A stretch of 64,000 nucleotides of DNA from Amoebophrya sp. A120 (Eukaryota; Protista; Dinoflagellata), in assembly GCA_905178155.1 (NCBI GenBank), contig CAJINV010000013.1, positions 176,344-240,343 of the forward strand. The letters run 5' to 3'. The position numbers were made by a program, and so were the translations under genes. Positions 60,154 to 64,000 of the stretch are shown piece by piece. The notes under the pieces are model-generated. The model saw only the letters and a list, made by a program, of their open reading frames with translations, did no database searches and was not told the DNA's origin. Numbering within the stretch: position 1 is the stretch's first letter; each line of letters opens with the position of its first letter.

Positions 60154-62004
60154 CTACTCAAGTCCAGCATCTTCCTGCAGCCCGTCGGAATCTGAGTGGG
60201 ATTCGGCATCTTCCTCCTCTTCATCGCCGTCGACATGACTACGTGCGAAAATTTCATCGAAATGATATCTGCAGAGAAAAGAAACTACTGATTGCAAGCC
60301 TTCATTAGATTTTGGCTCTGGAGGCATGATGAAGCAGAGCAACCAAAGCTCAGACATACCTGAATTGCTGTCGCTTTCGCTGGTGCCCTCGTCCTCGGCT
60401 TCGAAATCGCTATCCGAAAAATCCACTTGCACTGCCTCGGCGATGATGTTGTCAGCATCGTCAAGGGCCCGCTGCGGCAGCCCGTGTGTGTAGGAGGAGG
60501 CGCCGCAAGTGATGCCGTCTAGATTGGTACCCACCTGCACCTGCCAGCTGTCCAGCGGATAGCTGAACTCTGTGGCATTTTCGAACATCCACTCCATGCT
60601 GCGCACGTTGCTGACGTTCCAAGATGCAAGTGGCTGGCTGAACATTTGCGCGTGCGAAAACATGCCCGCCATGTCTTCCACGTTGCTGACGTTCCAAGAG
60701 GCGAGGGGCTGGTTGAAATTCAGTGCACGCGTGAACATCATCCTCATGCTGCGCACGTTGCTGACGTTCCAAGAGGCGAGGGGCTGGTTGAAATACAGTG
60801 CACCACTGAGCATCGACCTCATGTTGCGCACGTTGCTGACGTTCCAAGAGGCGAGGGGCTGGTTGAAATTCTCTGCATCATAGAACATCGCCTCCATGCT
60901 GCGCGCGTTGCTGACGTTCCAAGAGGCGAGGGGCTCGTTGAAATTCCGCGCGCCCTCGAACATCCCCGCCATGTCTTTCACGTTGCTGACGTCCCAAGAT
61001 GCGAGCGGCTGGCTGAACGTTAGCGCGACCCCGAACATCCACCGCATGTTTTCCACGTTGCTGACGTTCCAAGAGGCGAGGGGCTGGTTGAAATTCTCTG
61101 CATCATAGAACATCGCCTTCATGTTGCGCGCGTTGCTGACGTTCCAAGAGGCGAGGGGCTCGTTGAAATTCCGCGCGCCGTCGAACATCTCCGCCATGTC
61201 TTTCACGTTTCTGACGTTCCAAGAGGCGAGGGGCTGGTTGAAATCCTCCGCACCGCAGAACATTCTGGTCATGTCTTCCACGTTGCCAACATCCCAATCC
61301 TCTACCGGCTGGTTGAATCGGCTCGCGTAGTTGAACATATCTCTCATACATTCCGCACCGGAAACGTCCCAGCCGCGGATGTCAAGATTAAAATCGGAGT
61401 GAAATTGAAACAAACCCCGCAAATTTTTCACACCACTTACGTCCCACGTAATAATCTTTCCGTAGACTTGTTCGTCTTCTTCAATTTTCGCCTGTTGCGC
61501 CGCAGTTCGGGTTCCGTCGCCGTTTCCTTTCTTCAAATAAGGACGGAGCGCAGCCTTTAGTTCCTCGCGGCTCTCGAAGGTTTTGGCGTAGCGTATGAAG
61601 AATGTGAGGGATGGTTTTGTCGTCTGCTCTTCGTTGTCCTCCTCCTGCAGGCCCTGCCACCAATCGGCGAAGTTTTCCTCGTCCTGCACTACGTCGAGAC
61701 TTCCTACGCTGCACTGCTGAGCCGTTTCAGCGCCCGTGGGGAAGACGGCAACGCGCCCCCAAAAACAGCTACGCTTCTTTTCCGTATTGCGTTCGGAGAG
61801 CAGCCAAGCTTTTGCAATGGCCTGCTTTACTTGCTTCTTCGTAGTTGTTGCAGCGATCCACGAGCGCGGTTCGAGACATAGCTGCTCCCCACGCAAGTCC
61901 AGGACCTTCAGTTCGAAAGTTGCAGGCGCCTCCGCAGCACTTGCGACAGAGGTGGCGCGCGAGGCTGTAGGCTCAATCTCACCTGCCGGGTTGGAGCTCG
62001 ACAC
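60154..62004 (-). CDS. DUF285 / BspA-like repeat protein with Ubl-like N-terminal header and acidic tail
   Basis: About 12 tandem 25-aa repeats FNQPLASWNVSNV.NM..MF..A, preceded by YGKIITWDVSGV. Confidence 0.92.
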   Translation of the reverse strand: MSSSNPAGEIEPTASRATSVASAAEAPATFELKVLDLRGEQLCLEPRSWIAATTTKKQVKQAIAKAWLLSERNTEKKRSCFWGRVAVFPTGAETAQQCSVGSLDVVQDEENFADWWQGLQEEDNEEQTTKPSLTFFIRYAKTFESREELKAALRPYLKKGNGDGTRTAAQQAKIEEDEQVYGKIITWDVSGVKNLRGLFQFHSDFNLDIRGWDVSGAECMRDMFNYASRFNQPVEDWDVGNVEDMTRMFCGAEDFNQPLASWNVRNVKDMAEMFDGARNFNEPLASWNVSNARNMKAMFYDAENFNQPLASWNVSNVENMRWMFGVALTFSQPLASWDVSNVKDMAGMFEGARNFNEPLASWNVSNARSMEAMFYDAENFNQPLASWNVSNVRNMRSMLSGALYFNQPLASWNVSNVRSMRMMFTRALNFNQPLASWNVSNVEDMAGMFSHAQMFSQPLASWNVSNVRSMEWMFENATEFSYPLDSWQVQVGTNLDGITCGASSYTHGLPQRALDDADNIIAEAVQVDFSDSDFEAEDEGTSESDSNSGMSELWLLCFIMPPEPKSNEGLQSVVSFLCRYHFDEIFARSHVDGDEEEEDAESHSDSDGLQEDAGLE

Positions 62005-63569
62005 TTTCGCTGTGCTTTGCCGTTTTTTGCAAGTGATTTGTGATCTGGTCCTCTGGACAAAAAGCGAATAAGTGAGCGACTTTTATGTGTGCCGAAAAGG
62101 TGCAAATTGGAAGAGGTGCTTCTGTGTGATTTATTTGCGCATATCTTTATCTCGTCGCTCTCGCTTCTACATCCCAATAATATTTGCCAACAGGCGTGCC
62201 TCCACTACTCTATCTTTGTTCCAAATGTGCTTCATTGCAATGAACGAAATGAAGAAAAGGAGCCTCGACATCAAGAAAAAGGGAATTCGTATGCTTCCGC
62301 CAAAAACGAAAAAGAAAACTTGTATTGCAGGAACAAAGAAAGAGTGGCCGAAGATTGTTCTTGCACCAGCACAACAAAAAAAAACACAGATGTCTAGTCA
62401 TTTCCTGTACCGATCTGCTCAGTTGGTGCTAGAGTAAAAAGAACGACAGCAATGTCTGCACTAGTGTTACTACATTTTTACGCAAAGTAGTTTAATGCTC
62501 CTATCGCATGCACGGCAGGGGCAAAGCTACTAGACTTTGTGCTGGAGATGAGGAAGCAAGGAAACATCGAAACTCTTCAATTCAAAAGTTTCTTTTCCAG
62601 CAGCCAGTCCGCAAGGCAACTCAAGAAAAAAATACGGCCCAGTAGTTTGATGATGAGTAACTGACCATGAGGTTTTCACCCAAAGGTCCGTACTCCTTCG
62701 CGCCTTCATTTGATCTATGTGCTCTAGCACCTCTCTCCCTCTATCTCTCATCCCAGCAGGCCGCTAAAGCGACGCAGAAAAAGCGTTCGTTCCCATGAAT
62801 CCTTGGTCGCAAGTAGTGCAAAAGTTGTCTCTTAGCTTTACTCGATTTAGCCCCTTCCTGGGTAATCTATCTACTTTACCTGGAAGGGACAGGGAGCGAC
62901 CGAAAACACTACTCCTAATATTAAGCCCGCGTATGATCAAGGGCTCTTGTTTCGCTGCGTGTGCCATTCTCTATCGAACCACACGGGAAGAAGCCTTTGC
63001 CGTTCACTACACGTCCTCTGGGCGCGACAACGGAATAACTGAAATTGAAAATCTGCGAAGTTGATTTTCGGCGCTGATGTGAAGCGCTCTTTTGGGAAAT
63101 TTCTAGCCTAATCGGATTTCACTAGCCTCATTGTTTGTGCAATGGCAGGCTCACATTGTACAGCTGAGGGTCTGAAGATGACAGAAGGGAGAGATGCCAA
63201 GCTGTTCCTTCATTACTTGAAATTGTCATAATCTTCGATCGGGACGAACAAGGAAGCCAAACCAAAAATGAGCTGGACCTTGTGGATATGGCTTCTCTAC
63301 GTTTTATTCGAGGATAGCTTCGTTTGCCCTTGCGTAAGTAGGAACAAGATGAAAATACTTCTACACTTGTGAAACTAACTCAGTCAATTGCAGCTAGATG
63401 TGGTCTTTACATTGTAAACTGGTTCTGGAGATACATAGGGAAATACTTGAAATAAAGCCAGCTTTCGAGATAGGGAGATAAGTAGGTAGTAAAGTGAAAG
63501 TAGAGACGCACTTCAAACAAAGCCGAAGTCGAGGAGAAAATCGGTTCTGCGTCACGTCGCATGGGTGAT

Positions 63570-63950
63570 CTACGCGGCACTCTTTGAGGCCGAGAGCATC
63601 TCCCTCCGGATCGCGTGTCCCTCCGCCACCAGGCGCGCACAAATACGGGCTTCCTCATTCCGGAGCCGCGCAAAACAGGAGTCCGCTTCAGACCGCAGGG
63701 ATTTCCGTTCTTGCTTCACCTGCTTCTGTGCAGCATAGATTGCCTCGACAACCTGAGTCAATTTATTTGCAATTGTCGTGACTTTTCTGTATGGAATGTA
63801 AAGAAAATGGACTTCATCTCGCACAAGCTGCCTCCACATTTCTCACTTACACACACAAATCCACCACAGAAAAGATCTTCTGTACCTCCTCACCCCGTCT
63901 CAGATGCTCTGTGTAGGTCTTCGCACGATCCTCCATTGCAGCAGTCATTT
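63570..63950 (-). CDS. Probable 3' exon(s) of a helical or coiled-coil protein that starts beyond the window
   Basis: 89-aa helical ORF (63570..63839) with a short open frame just upstream in another phase. Confidence 0.35.
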
Positions 63951-64000
63951 TTTCCCGCTATTGACAGTCAAAGCGGTTTCCTTGTCCGCTGGAAGACTTA

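Noticed and set aside
60269-60359. GT-AG intron near the end of the DUF285 gene
   Set aside because: Removing 91 nt shifts out of the acidic C-terminal frame, and the ORF is already open through this region.
1-64000. tRNA, rRNA or dinoflagellate spliced-leader relics
   Set aside because: None recognised by eye; covariance-model searches were not run.

Overview
Eukaryotic protist DNA with no prokaryotic operons. Every credible gene is on the minus strand and many introns have inverted-repeat (IR) ends, some non-canonical. This resembles the syndinian parasite Amoebophrya (inference). Contents, left to right: (1) <1-9.6 kb: two tandem paralogous two-exon genes with an N-terminal ubiquitin-like header and DUF4116-type repeats; the left copy is frameshifted and runs off the window. 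(2) 11.2-~35 kb, perhaps to ~38.9 kb: many track ORFs that I could chain by hand into one giant multi-exon gene of ~5,900 aa or more. It carries a pseudo-OTU, a SecA-like ATPase, a Gly-rich hydrophobic segment, a circularly permuted OTU-like peptidase, a Gly-Gly motif and a distinct C-terminal tip, a polymorphic-toxin-like layout. (3) 43-49.4 kb: coiled-coil ORFs. (4) 49.9-59.3 kb: two decayed copies of a kinase-like sequence flanking two different non-autonomous TIR elements inserted into adjacent units of a ~15-nt repeat, plus a frameshifted Pro/Ala-rich ORF. (5) 60.2-62 kb: a DUF285/BspA-like repeat gene. Splice models and domain calls come from manual reading only; no searches were run.
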